NCBI RefSeq assembly: GCF_963921235.1
Contig: NC_086108.1
Coordinates: 38,628,001 to 38,692,000, forward strand
Length of the DNA: 64,000 bases
Direction of reading: 5' to 3'
From: Mobula hypostoma
Lineage: Eukaryota
Position 1 is the stretch's first letter. Each line of letters opens with the position of its first letter. A program made the translations under genes and the position numbers. Positions 24,801 through 39,800 of this stretch are shown here, piece by piece. The notes beneath the pieces were generated by a model. It had not been told where the DNA came from. It did no database searches and was given only the letters and a program-made list of their open reading frames with translations.

Positions 24801-27800
24801 TCTCTGAAAAAATTCTATACTTGTATGGCAGAGAAAAGAGCAGATTATGTGATGATATAATCGATCTCAGAAAACACATTTGCAAGCAGCAAAAGGGGTG
24901 TAATAAATGCTAACACACAGATTATATATACCCTGTTAAGATGGCTCACCTTCTTAAAAATAAGGCAACCTACAGTTGAAGGGAGTACAACTAAACAAAA
25001 AATTGGAAACACATCCATAACTTGTGTTCAAAACTTCCCATTGATGTTGAAACAGACATCTCCCCAAGACTGTGTGACATGAGGTTTGTTGCAACCCAGT
25101 GCAAGTTCCAAGGGATTCCTAGAGCCCAGAAGTTGTTTGACAAGCTAGCTAAGCAACTAAACACAGTAAGGAATTCACAGACATAAATCAGGAAGTAAAT
25201 TGCAAATGCTAAATATTAGAACATATAGGACATTAAAGTAGCTGAAATACAAAGAAATTAGTAATTACATTTAAAATCAATTACATTTGGAAATATTAAT
25301 GCAAGGATATTAAAACAATCATACTTAAATCATTCTCATTACAGAAGAGAAAATCTCCAAGTTTCATAATAATGGTAGGAACACTAAGGCTTTATTTTGC
25401 TAAATGAATTGTCTGGCCATGAATTGACTTCATACGGGAGGCGAAAGATGCAGACGAACTAAATGAAATAATTAAGAATTCTTATTTTAGCATTTCCCCT
25501 GAGTACATTAATTAATATAGGTCAATTTAAGAAATAGGTAAACAAATGACTTTAAAACAAAGCACTTGACTGCCTGACTGACAGTTAAATAATTTCAGTA
25601 CACGGGGCAGTTAAAAATATTAGTGTATTCAAAGGTGCAGTTATAATGCAAGTTAAATATACTCCTTCACATCCATAAAACTATCACAGGCTACTGAACT
25701 TACATCCATACATCAAGCACTTAGACGTCAGTAAAGCCATTCTAAATCCAGATAAGATTTTAAAACTTTAATGAACTAGGCAAAGTTTCTAACATATTGT
25801 TCTGATAATGCCAACAATACGCCACATAAAACAAGAGAAAATCTGCAGATGCAGGAAATCCAAGCAATACACACAAAATGCTGGAAGAACTTGCATTCGT
25901 AGATGCTGCCTGGCCTGCTGAGCTCCTCCAGCATTGTGAATCTGCCATATAAATAGCCATTACCAAAAGAAAAATTTTATACCAATGTCAAATTATAAAG
26001 ATAAATTGCGTAAGGAATTAAAGTGCCTATGAAAAACAGATAAAAGTACTTTACTAGCATTGTGGAAGACTTCGTACAGTACCTTAGAAAGATTGAGAAG
26101 AACTTGAATTGCACTTTTGATGACATCCATACAAGGCACACTGCGGTTACAACTTCTGATCAAAGTGAAAATAATAGGTGTTGCTCCACTTTGAGCAAGA
26201 TTTTCACAACAAATAGCAGATAGCCTAGTTGCAACTTCTAAAACAAAATTAATGGTAAAACCAGTCAAAATTTGTATGGCACGAAGAAGCAAAAATATAT
26301 ATTTTTTTAGAAATCAGCAACTTCAATTAATTTCCATTTGATATATTTTTAAACATAACAGCACATCAACATGGACTTAAGAAAAAAAAAGTCTATTTGT
26401 TTGATTAGATTCCTTTCTTATGCATCTTCCAACTTCAAGTTCTAGTTATTGGACCCCACACAATACTTTAAGTTCAAATTCTGGAGGGTATACCTTTATG
26501 GTGAGTGGGGGAATACTGAAAATGAGAAACAAAGTATTACGCAAGTAGGATGAACTACAGATGTATAGTGGATTGCGATTAACTGGGCCATCAGTTAATT
26601 CCAGCAGCTACTTGCCTATATTTGTGACCCTGCTTAAAGAATAAACTTTAAGTGAAAAAAATAGCCAAGATTCCTTTTGTTTATTAGGATCACTATTCCG
26701 TTAATTGGGACAGGAGATTGTGGCCAAACAGTTTTTAAATAGCGTCATCTGCAGTGCCTTTTATCGCTAACAGTTAGCGAGAAGTAAGAAGACAGACAAT
26801 TCAGAATTGCTTTGCTCACAGTGATTTCAAACATTCAAGCTTAGAGACGCGAGCAACAGCCAGAAGTGAAAATGAAACCATTTCACTACTTCAGCAAGTT
26901 AGAAACTAAGAATAATTTGAAGGTATCCACAATCACCTTGAATGTCACAATGAAAGTGAAGATTCGGAGGCTGCAAACAAAGGCTTTGTATGAAGGCAGT
27001 CCATTGTCTGCATTGATTTTTGTTGATTTACAGTCAAAATAAAACAGCAGCATACACTGGATAAATTCCTGTCGATGACTGTTAGGAACCAATACAGTTA
27101 TATAGTATTTGTTCTGTATTTCATTTAAATACATAATTTGTCACAGTTAAATGGTAGTTTGTTTTTTTTTTGACACCTTTTTAACTATTTTTATGAAATT
27201 TCGGCTAACTGGGGCAGCTGGTCAAGATGTCTGGGTCCCAATTAACTGGAATGCACTACATTTGGAAACTGATCAAAGAGATTAACCTGCTATAGATCAA
27301 AAAATATTGATTGCTTTTGACAATTTTGACTACCACTACCTTGACAGAACATGCCTCAGATCAAAGGGATCAGAACTTAGAAACTTAGAACTTGTAAAGA
27401 TCTTAGATCTGAATTGGAAGCAAGATATGCAGTAGTATCTGTAGAGTTCAGTATGGAGAGCACTAGGAAATTCGCTTTTTTTTTGAAAAAAGTCTTGGAG
27501 CAATTGGACTGAAAAAATGGAGTAATTGAATGTTGAAGTACAGATAATGGCAATGAAAACAAATTAGCATAACAAAACTGTCTGAATTACTAAAATGGCA
27601 CATACAAAATAATCTAAAATTCAAAATTGGTTTAAAACCAAAACTCTCACTTCTAGTTTTTTTTTAAAAGATAAAGGGACAAAAAGACACAGTAAAGAAT
27701 AATGAACATTTTATATTCTTGCAATTGAGATTTTCACCCAAAGTAGATTATGAATATGCTTGCATAAATATAAATAGTTAAATATTGCATCTCACCCAGC

Positions 27801-30800
27801 AAATAAGATGAAATAAAAATGAGGATAAAGGCCAAAAATAAGGACAGAAGTATAAAGATAATCATTTATTAGCTTCATCTGAACACAGAATTGGACTCTA
27901 TATAAGCACATTTCAATCTCTCAAATATCAGAGGTAAAGTCACAATGTTTCTGTTCTCTTGTTATCCAGAGGCTTAATGAGCAGATTTAAATCTCAGCAG
28001 TGCAATTGAGAAAATTATTTTATAATTCTTCTTCAGTATGCAAGCTGAAACAAGTTGCATTTACTTAATAGCAGATAATGCTTCAGGTGTAGCGACAATA
28101 CAGGAAAATAAAGATGCATTAGTGAAGGTTTGGAAATAACTAAGTAAGAGTAAGAGGAGCTAGTGCTGGAAATGTGCTTGAACAGAATCATACATGGGAA
28201 AACATTGTGAATGAGAAGCAAATCTTTATGAAGGCATGAACTTTAAATGCTCTTGGAAATTGTTTATTAATTAAATTTATAAAGATTGTGGATAACAGAA
28301 ATATACAAACCTAAATGCTGTAATGCTGCAAGAATATAGGAGAAGTGTTTATATTTAAGAATGTAATCTACAGCTACAGCTGTCCTGTTGCACAATTTTT
28401 GATCCTCGTAGCTGTTCTTATTAGCCCGTTGTATACGGTGTCTGATAGCAATGATTTGAGGATTCCTGATTTTCTTACGCAACCAATATCCCTTCCACAA
28501 AGCCTGTAAAATTAGACAATATTGACATTTTGTTAAACAAATGGGTGCATAATTATAATAAACATCTAATATCCACCAAGAACACTAAAAAGTGTAAGTA
28601 ATATTTTGTGCACTACATATTTCAACACAGCAACTATTGGTAAATAATATCCAATTGGTATTTGAAACAACTTTGCAAATTCAAATGCAAAAATATTAAA
28701 TATACATTTTTCTTTTACAATATGTGAAACGTCAAGAATTCTCAAAAAACATCAACAACCAACCTGTATTTTGATAATTCCATTGTGAATTTTCTTACTC
28801 CGGATTTTATAAAGAAACTTCCTTACAGACTTCTGAATGACAACAGCAGCTTTCTGTCGTCGCATGAACCAGGCTTTCACAATTTGTTGTGCTGCAATGA
28901 TCTTTCCACGTTCATAAAGATATCTTCTGCGTTGCAGACAAGTCCGGAACCATCTCTATAATGGAGGATTTATAATAAATGAACCGCCGCTTTGAAGGAC
29001 GAATGAACCAGAAAGAAAAGTTGACAAACACCAAACAAAACTTCAGGGTCAGAGAATCATAAAACAGAAACAGGCGCTTTGGCCCACCGAGCCCACGCTG
29101 ACCATTACTTGTACGTCAATCTCACTTCTTCCTCCTTCACCCTAAATTTTATATCTTACCCACATACAGGGCCAATTTGTTGCAGCCAATTAACATACCA
29201 ACCGGCACACCTTTGGGATACGGGCAGAAACTAGAGCACCTGATCCCTGAAGCAGTCACAGGAAGAAAATACAAACTCCATACAGTCATCACCAGAGGTC
29301 AGGATTGAGCCTGTGATCACACTTCTCAGAAAACAACACGTTTTATCTTGGCACAGACAGCACTTCCCTCGATGAACTTGATATGTGAATCAAAAAGGCA
29401 GCCAAATTCACAGAATAGGCATGCACGAATAATAAACTTGCCCAAATGACTGTGAAGTCCTTGTTCTTAGAATATTTCTATATGGTACAGATTTACGCTG
29501 CTGCCAAGAAAGACAACTTATGAGCTTCCAATTTTGGTGCAGTGATAAACATGTGTTCTCTGAAAGTAAGATGATGAACGCTGGATGTTTCACTAGTACA
29601 GACAACTTTTGTGGTTCTGGTATGGGCACAGGATGAAAGACATCAACAACAAACAATCTGCTGCAAATTCCAGCATTTGTATATTCTGTCTCCATGTAAA
29701 ATGATTATATCCGCAAGGAAATACTCAGAAGTTTTTGGTTCAACTCTGAATTTTGTTGGGACACTAAAGTTCTTAAGGATGTTAGTAAAAAGGCAAGAAA
29801 GCCTAAAACATTGATTATGACAAGTGTGAACTCTAGGTAATTAGGAAAAAACATTGACAGCAGTTTGGAGTGTGTCATCACAGGTGGCAGTTTCACAAGT
29901 CTACGGTGGACAATACCAATAGCCCCAAAAATGCCTTTTTTTTTAAGCCAATGACATTTTCTGTTGTGGCAGACTCCATTACTGCAGAAATTGCACATTT
30001 AGTCACCAATGGAAATGATTTCACCCAAGTTTGAAAATTATGTAGCTATCAACTTGCATGGATCAAAGAATAGCAAAATATCACATAAAATACTCATTTC
30101 ATCAGAACTTATATAGTCTCATGTAGCCAAACAACCACAAGTCAATAGATTATGGGTTTCAAGCACCATTGTTCAGCCATTTCCTATTTTATATTTTTGC
30201 TGTGGATGGTAGGCTGCCACAATTATTGCAGTGACTTAGGAGGAATTCATCAGGTTTTATCTTCTCTTGAACATTTGTTGAGACATTACGTATTTATGAA
30301 AGTTTTGTTTTTCAGTACTTATTAAAATTGCTAAAAATATCTTTTAAAGCAAATAGTATATTCGCTCCTCCAATCAACATATAGAAATTGCCTTATCATC
30401 CAACAATAACTAGGTTAGTTATTCCATTAATGTGTTAAATTCTAGGTTTTAAGGGAAACATTTTCAAAATTTTGAACAGCTGGATGAAGTTCCCAATTTC
30501 CGTTATTTATTACCTGGATGTAAATGACTGAATTGATCTTGTCTTTTGCATGTTTAAGAGTCAAGTAGTCCCTGTATGCTTTCTGAATCTTAACAGCACA
30601 AAGATTGTGATAGGCAGCAGCAGCAAAACGAAGTTTCCTTTCTGATCGTTTTTTCTCAGCAAGCTATGTGAAAATCAAAATAACAGATAACAGATGTCAA
30701 AATAACAGATGTCGCAATACCTTACAACAGTAAGATACAATTTTATGGCATTCCACACAAATGGCATGACAAAAATCACATTTTTATATCTGAACTCTGA

Positions 30801-33800
30801 ATGAAGGACTAGTTACAGTTTTGAAAAACCCAATAGAGCATTAACATATTTGTACAATAAAATTGATTTTTCAAACTTTTTAAAATGTGGTGCCAGCTTT
30901 TCCTTTTCCTAATTTTATTGCTAGGTATCAAACACACTATTCTCCTTCAGAAAACACTGTTTGATTTCCATGTCCAGGACAGTGGCAATGGTCATAGACA
31001 ATCACTCCATTCCTAGCAGCTTTGAAGGCAGACAACGACGTTTGTATTTTTACTATCAGGCTTGACAGATTCTTTCATTAGTGCTGTGAAATCAAATCTG
31101 GCCATTGGTTTACTTTTCATTTAATGTAATTCTCCTCATCTCCAAATGTTTTGCATGAGCCAACTGCACAAACTTCAACCTCAGCTCATTTAGTACAAAG
31201 CCCTTATCCATGGATTTCCTTACCTCTAAATTATCTAGTCTAACAAACTCCAAGCTAGCATTCCTTATTCTGAAGTCTATACAAGTTCATTAAATATTCT
31301 GCTATCTTGTCTACACACCACCCTAATGCTTGCTGATCCACATTGCATCTCTTTAAACGATGGTTCAATTTTATTCTGTCATTGTCATTTAAACTTCAGA
31401 TTACCAGTGAATTACGGATTTCCTAGTATTATTATATTTCAGGCTTTCAATTTTAGCAAGATGCCGTGCCCGGTGTTGTCTCTGTATAAGCACTGCAGCT
31501 CTCCTTTGCTGAAGGAACTTCTCTCTTTGGGTGTAAGCTCTAAATGCAAGTTGAATTCGAGAAGCTGCTTCATGTTTCTGCAATTCCAATAAAAGATGAT
31601 AAGTGCTGGAAGCATATTCATTTGGCAGTACTATTTGTACCAACTAATTAAGCTGTACAAACGTTGTAAGCGAGCTTTGCAAGCAAACCAGGATTCCTTA
31701 AAGAAATTAAATTGTTGGGTGAGGGAAAACAGCTAACATATGCTTCACTTGAAGCAGACACTTAGAAATTTACCATTCAAAGGTGGTGGGCTGAGGCACA
31801 ATACAGGAAAAACCTGTGATAGGATAGAAGTCAGGAAACTCAACAGATGACTTTAAGGCAAAAAGGGACAAGGATGAAAACAGGTTATCAACATCCAAAA
31901 ACAAGCCGCTTGTTTTTGAATTCCAGTTGGTAAACCATTCAAATGACTGGGGTTCCACTATATACAGACGAATGCCTTATACAAATGCACAGTATCCTCA
32001 CCTCAGACCATCCATACATGTAAATGCGTGGATGTGGTGGCAGAGCTGCATTGGTGACACTAGCATCTTATCTTCAGTTCATTCTGAATTTTAAGTCCAT
32101 AGTTATTGTCAGCTAAATCAACATACAAACGTTTGTATTTAGCTGTGCATTCTACAACTACTGAGCAACTTGATAGTTTTCTGTTTCATTTTTACCAGGC
32201 GTTGCCTGATCTCCTTTCCTGTATTTTCTATTTATTTCACCAGATTCCAAGAGGGATTAATTCACTTCAGAAAAAAAGGTTACCCTGGTCATTTGTTTTC
32301 TGACTTTAAATCCTTTCCAAAAAGCCTGGATTTTGATAGCTCCCATGGCTCTTCTACGACTGGCATGCTCCAGTTCCCTTGCTTCAATAGCCATTCTCCA
32401 TCTGCGTTGAATAACAATTGTGGCAACCTGGATCTTTAGAAACCTACAAACATGAAACTCAAAGTTACTAAATTAATTAAAATACACTTCACATTCAGAG
32501 TACTTACTATTTAAGGACAATTTCATCGAAAGGATATTACTCAAACCATCAACCACATTATTTTCCAGTGATTGCTCATAGACTCTTCCCCTTCCTCACA
32601 CTCTAACACAACTTGACTTTAGTTCCTGGAAATCTGCCAGTGTAGGGGTATTGTTCATTAAATGCTGGTGCAGATGGTAAAGCAGATTGTATTGTAACAA
32701 AACAAATGTCATATCAGACTCCTTAAATGCACTAGCAATTTCTGGATTGCAAATAAGAGTAACCTGATGGAGATAATAAAGAAGTACTTAACTGATCTGC
32801 TGGCTTCACATGTAATGCTTTCTATGCAAAAAAGACCAGAGGCTGGATCCTCAAACAACTCACCTCTGTAGGAATCCAGGGCAACGTGGTAGCTTCAGAA
32901 GCATATTTTTTCAATCAAATTAACAAGCCTGTTGAGTACACATCAAGGGATGCAACTAACTGATTTATTGAACCCAATGGATGTTTGGTAATGACTGGAT
33001 ACAGAGTAGGGAAGGAGGCCTTGCTTAGTTTTGGTTGGTCAAAGGGTACTGAAATCTATACATAGTTAGATGACTAAGAACACGTGCGATTGTGCTTACA
33101 GTAGAATATGAATTGTATGAAGTGTTTTTTTTTTAAATATCCTAAACTCTAGACTGGCGATATCATTGCATATACTTAAATAAGCCTGCATACGTTATTA
33201 AAAACCAAAAAGTTGTAAATTACTTTTCCTTAAATCGAGGAAATCAAGTTTTGAGGGGATGCACACCAGCCAAGACCACTTATTTCTTGCTACTAAAGAG
33301 TGAAGTACACTGGTTAATGTTTTAAAAAAATGGGAAACAGAGAGAATCATTCAGTCAGTCAGTGAAGAGAGTTTAAAAATTGCAGCATTTTTGGGAAGAG
33401 AAATCTATATTGTCTCAGAATTAACCTATGAAAACTTGTTTGCATATATGGGACAAAAATATTGAAGAAAACCAGAAAACCTTTGTTATTGAAATGTTAC
33501 CTGGATCTATCTTGTTTTGCTCTGAAGTGCCTTTGGATGAATATAACTGAAGCAAGAAAAGTCTTATACCGATGATGTACCACTTGCCCCCTGAACCAAG
33601 CCTGAATTTTTTGAGCAGCCTTTGTTTTTCTGATTACTTGTCTCACTTGGTATCGGCGAAATGAAGTCTAAAATAAAATTAATATACAAGATAAATTTTA
33701 CTAACGACAGGTGTGAAAGTCAATGAGAAAGTACAGATTTTAAAGAAAAATAAAAATGCATTTCAACTACAGAAGTAGCACATTAACATTAGAAAATTGT

Positions 33801-36800
33801 TCCAGTTAAGACTGAAAGTAGATTGAAACCAATGCAGGAAAGCAAATAATATAATTAAAAATGAAATTCTTCGATGTCAATGTTGACAGCATAAAAAAGA
33901 CACAAGGCAGAAAGTGAAGTAACACTGGATTGACAGACCACTCAAATCAATGTGTTTCAAGTTACAATACTGCTAATGGTACAAGGAGATGCAGAACACC
34001 AAGTTACTATACAAAGGATTTTACATAATCAGAGAACAATTCTGAAGACATTTCTGTGAAGTGTAGAGCTCAGAATGAAGTGCAGGATTAAAAGAAACAT
34101 GTAAAATCACAGAGTAAGAAGCATTTAATGGTAAACACAATATCAACAGCAGGTTCAATTACTAAAAATCTAGTAAAGTTATGGAGAGACTGCAAATGGT
34201 CAGTGCGTTGCATTTCAATTTCATGGTACATAGTAAACAAGTTGGTTGGAAGGATGTGGAAGAACAAGGAAATTATTGTTAGAGCACAGGTTCATGGCCA
34301 GCTCATAGCAATACCAAAAAAAAAATCATGCAGCAAGGCCCATGACCATTTTAAAAAATCAGTACGTATTGTAAAGAAAGGGCTTTTCAGAGTTGTTTGG
34401 GGGATGAAATTCAGGAAGAGAGTTTTTGAATTGACTAAGTTGGAATCAGTCTTTAAAAGGGAAAAAAAGCCATTTACTCTAGTAATATTTAACAATCAAT
34501 ATTTAAAACATTAAAAACCATCCCAGAAAGAAATGAACTTTTGAAAGCCCAAAAATACATGTGAAGCCTTCTGAAGTGAAATAGTACATATTATAAGCAT
34601 ATTTAATTAACAACTCTTCAAATTTGCCTGAAAGGGAAAAGAGATAAATAACCATTAGAAATAAGCCTTGGTCAGCAGATATGAAAACAGGCAAACTTAT
34701 CAATGATGGAGGATCTTCAATTTTTTAAAGGAACAACTGGAATAACATAACTTAATCGACAGGTAACCAGCATGGAATCAAAGAAAATACCTGTATTGTG
34801 ACAGCAGCATGTTTCATTTTAAAGTACTTTTCTTGTTCAACCCTTCTTTGACAATAAGCTCTGTAGTGTTGTTGTATCACAAGTGCAGATTCTTTGTAGA
34901 GTAGGAATGCTTGTCTTTGTTTCTTTCCACGATAACAAGCCTGCAAGAATTGTTAAATACAAAGTAAACTACTTGAAAATCAAAACAGACTTTGCAGAGA
35001 TAATTGAAATAGTGCTCTTAAATTTGCACGTGCCTCCAGTGCCAGATCTTTTCCCTATTTGACTAGCATCTGATGTGTGAATGTGTGCAGGCGAGATGAG
35101 CCAGAAAAGAAAACATTTTAGTGAACTAATTGGCCAAAATTGCCCTTCTTGCCCACTTTGCACAATAATTCGGTAAAGCTCCAATAATCCGCTGACCAGC
35201 TCATCAGAAATCCCAACGTTTCAGCATCTGGCTCACTCAGTGATGTGTGCTGCACCGTTCATCTCACGGTTGCTGGTGCTCACACTCCTTCAATTCATTG
35301 GGTACACTGGAAAATTTATCATACTGTGTAGCTTATGCAAGATCAAAATGTATTCGGTATTAACAAGAATACTTAGTTGCTTGTTAGTCTGACACTGAAG
35401 TCACAAGGGTGCTAAAATATTGGTGTTTTACTGTGTTAATTTTATTCTTCAAATGCTTTCAAACCTTATTATTGCAATAGGATATTACTGTACATATTAT
35501 AATTTAATTTACTATCAAATGTTTTACCTGAATTTTAGTGATACTCTGATGAAGTTTTTTATAGTTTCTTTGAACAATAAACCCTCGTATTCTGGCTTGA
35601 AGTCTGATTACTGTCTGATGGATCGTTAAGTAAGCATTTCTCTCTTTCTTCATTAAGAGGTAGGATCGATATTGTCTTTGTAAAATAACAGCTGCTTGTA
35701 CATAAGCTCTGTATTGTTTCCTTGCTTCATAGGCACGGTACTGCGACTGCAATACAATTGCTCCGTATTTTAGTTTGAGGAAGCGACTCCTATGGTGAAT
35801 CATACGGAAAAATGACTGAATTTTTACAGCAGCATACTGTTGCTTAATGCACTGCCTCACTACCATGCCTTTGTAGGCAGCCTGAATCACAATGGCAGCA
35901 CTACGCATGGACTGATATTGCATGAACCGTGAACGTCCTAGCTTGCAGGCTCTGTACCATCTCTGAATCAAAATGGTTGATAGCCGCATGGCTCTGTAAT
36001 GTACCCTCACTCGATAACCACGGAATGAAGCTTGTAGAGTTACTACAGCTGTCTTCTGAATCAAGAAGTGTTTCCTGGTAATACACATTAGTAGGTATGA
36101 TTTAATATAGATAGCTGCCTTCATTGTTTTAACTAAATCTCGGGCTTTTTTCCCACGGTAGAAGGCCTGAATACAGACTGCTGCTTTTCGCAAAGTATTG
36201 TATTGTCTCACATGGATATCTCTTATTTGACAAGCTCGGTATCTTCGCTGTATAGCAGTTGTCGCCCATTGCAATTTCTTGAAGCATTGTTGCTGTTTGT
36301 GCATTCGATAATATGTTTGTATGATTCTTGCAGACTTGTGCATGTTCCGCAAATGCCTTCGAACATTCATTCCTCGGTAAGCAGCCTGAAGGAGCACAAC
36401 GCTGTTGCGGATTGTCACATAATTATCGCGATCAGTTCTCCTTTGAAGGTGTGCTCTATAGTGACTCTGTATTATTGTAGCTGCCAGTCTCATTGCTCTG
36501 TATGGAAGGTATACTCTGTGCATTCGAAATGCTGCCTGTATCACGGTCGCTGCCTTGTGTTTGTGCTGGATCTCTTGCCGAACTCTCATTCCCCTGTAGG
36601 CAGCTTGTATAGATATAGTTGCCTTCTGGATCGAAACATATGCTTGCTTTTTAATCCTGGCAAGCACAAGTGCACGGTACCTCTGCTGGATTACAGAAGC
36701 AGCAGCTCTAAGCAACAGGTAATTTTTCCTTGCAACATAGCTCCTGAATCTTCTTTGTATAATCGTTGCCGCCAGGTGAATTCTTTGCATTTGCTGCCTT

Positions 36801-39800
36801 GTTTTCATTCTGCGGAAAGTAGCCTGAATACAAACTGCTGCCCTTTTCATGGCCTTATATTGTCTCACATGGGCATCTCTTATTTGACAAGCTCGGTATC
36901 TTCGCTGTATAACAACTGCTGCCCAGCGTAGTTTTTGGAAATATTGGTACTGTTTATGCATTCGATAATACGACTGTATAATTCTGGCAGACTTGTTCAT
37001 GTTCCTCAAACATCTTCGAACATTCATTCCTCGGTAAGCAGCCTGAAGGAGCACAACACTGTTGCGGATTGTCACATAATTATTGCGATCAGTTCTCCTT
37101 TGAAGGTGTGCTCTATAGTGACTCTGTATTATTGTAGCTGCCAGTCTCATTGCTCTGTATGGAAGGTATACTCTGTGCATTCGAAATGCTGCCTGTATCA
37201 CGGTCGCTGCCTTGTGTTTGTGCTGGATCTCTCGCCGAACTTTCATTCCCCTGTAGGCAGCTTGTATGGATTTAGCTGCTCTACGAATAGTCAGGTACAT
37301 TTCTCGCTGCTCTCTGCTGAGGAGAAAAGTTCTAAACTGCCTTTGAAGAACAACTGAAGCAGCTTTAAGGGCAGTGTAATGCTTCTTGGCCAGGAAAGAT
37401 TTAGTTGTTCTTTGGATAATTGTTGCAGCTTTGTGCATTTCTTTCAGCCTTTTTCTGGTTTTCATAGCACGATATGCAGCTTGTAAAACTACTACAGCAG
37501 CCCTCATATTTTGATATTTTTGATGTTGATATTTCCTTTGTATGTGAGCACGGAAACGTTCTTGTATTATCAATGCTGCTCGTCTCTTAGTTTGAAATTC
37601 TATGTATGTTTTGTGCATTCGAAAATAAGATTGTATTACAATACAAGCTTTCCGTTTCCTTCCAAGCTCTTTCCTTGCAATCTTACCTTTATAAGCTGCT
37701 TGAAGTGCTATTGCTGACTGGCGCATTGTCAGATATGCACAACGTTCTTTCTTTCCCAACAACTTTGCCCTAAAATGGCATTGGACAGTTATTACAGCCC
37801 TCTTTAATACGCCAAACTGGTACTGTGCTCTGCACCTTCGGAAAGCTGTTTGAATGGTCACCGCAGCTTTATGTTGTGCCTCTAATCTTTTCCTTGCAGA
37901 TAATCCACGGAACGCTGCTTGAAGAATAACCACTGATGCCTTAATACTGAGGTACTTGAGTTGCTGCTGTTGTCCAACTTTGCAATTCCTGTACCAATTC
38001 TGGATTGCAATGGCAGCATTTTTCATTGACAAATATTTGATCCTCGAAGCATGTCCTCTAAATGCTGCTTGAATTTTACTGGCTGCTCTATGTTGAAGCT
38101 TCATCTTTTTGCGTACACAATATCCTTTGTATGCTGCCTGCAAACGGATCACTGCTTCTCTAGTTTTAAGGAAGTCCTGCCTTTGGCGAGTTCCTTCCTG
38201 GTACACACGGAATCCTCTCTGAATTACGACGGCAGCAAAATGAATCCTCTGGTATTGAGTCCTTACTCTATACATTCTGAACATTGATTGAATTTTAATT
38301 GCAGCTTGTCGACACAAATACAGCTGCTTTTGAGCCAGATGCTGTCTAATAGCAGACTGAAGATATATACAAGCTTCCTTTTTTCTCAGATATTCTTTTC
38401 GCTTTTCTAAGCAAAGCTTGTTAGCCCGGTATCGTCTCTGGATACAAACTGCAGCTTTTTTAAGGGATGTGTAATATTTCCGTGCTTGTATCATTTTTAC
38501 TGAGGCCTGAATTTTGACAGCTGCATTTCGTATTTGTAGGTATTTCTTTCGTGAAACATATGCACGAAAGGCAGACTGAATCCTTACAACTGACTGCAAT
38601 AAGTAAACTTGTCTCCTCATTTGTAACCGCCTGTAGGCAGACTGTAAGACAATAGCTGCAGCTCTTACTGCCCTATACTCCGCTTCTGCTTTCTTTTGAG
38701 CTAAAATAGCTCTAAAATGGGCCTGTAGTGTACAAGTTGCGACCTTCACTAAATGGTATCTTTTTTGAGCATACGATCTTCTCACGTGGGCTTGCAATAC
38801 AATAATACATTGCTTGTAATACAAGAACTTCAATCGTTCTTTTCTCATTTTCCAATACGACTGAATGACTCGGGCAGCTTTCATTCTTCTGGCAAGCTGA
38901 CGACTGTTCATGCCACGAAAGTAAGCCTGGATAACTACTGCTGCCTTGCATGTTAATTCACGCTGAGCTTTACTTTCCCTGTAAGCTCTATAATATTTTT
39001 GGATAGCTAATGCTGCAGTTTTCTGAGAACAAAAAGCAGTTTGAGCCACATGGCGTCTATACCATGACTGTATTCTAATACAACTTCGTTTTGCATGTAG
39101 ATATTTTTGTTTTCCTCTGTGCATTCGATACCAAGACTGTATCGTAATTGCAGCTTGATTTTTCCTGACCACTTTTTGTGCTTGCCGTTTCCGAAAAGAC
39201 ACCTGTATTTTTAGAGCTGCTTGTCGAAGTTTCAGGTAGTGCTTCAAGTCATTTCTCCCCTGCTGCTTAGCCCTGAAGTGCCTTTGTATGATAACCGCAG
39301 CACGCTGGCATTGTAGAAACCTTGTACGAGCCTGATGCATCCTTACTAAAGACTGCATGGTAATAGCGGCTTTACGGCTAGCAACAAATCTTGTACGTTG
39401 CTTGTACATTCTAAAAGTTGATTGGATTAGTGTAGCTGACTTAGTTAGATGGCAAAGCTTTCGCATTTTTAAGCGATGGTAAGTTCTTTGAATTACTACT
39501 GCGGCCCATTTCAGTCTCTGATAAGAATCATATTCACGCTTTCCTCGCACATAAGCCTTTAAGTACTTCTTTAGGGTGACAGCAGCACTTTTCCTCCTGC
39601 ACATTTCAGTTCTTATGAGAAATCCCTTTGCATGTGCTTGTATCAAAAGTACAGAGCGTTGAAACCTTTTGTATTTGCATCGGGAGAGAAAACCCTTCAC
39701 ATATTTCTGCAGTACAATTGCTGCCCTGGTCTGTTTTTCCATTTTGTGAGCGCGCCACCTTCTAAATCCGGACTGTATTTTATCAACTGAAATCTTCAAT

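Noticed and set aside
36203..37357. Plus-strand 242-aa and 140-aa ORFs with repeated Cys/Ser motifs
   Set aside because: Antisense shadows of the ASPM IQ exon and its duplication.
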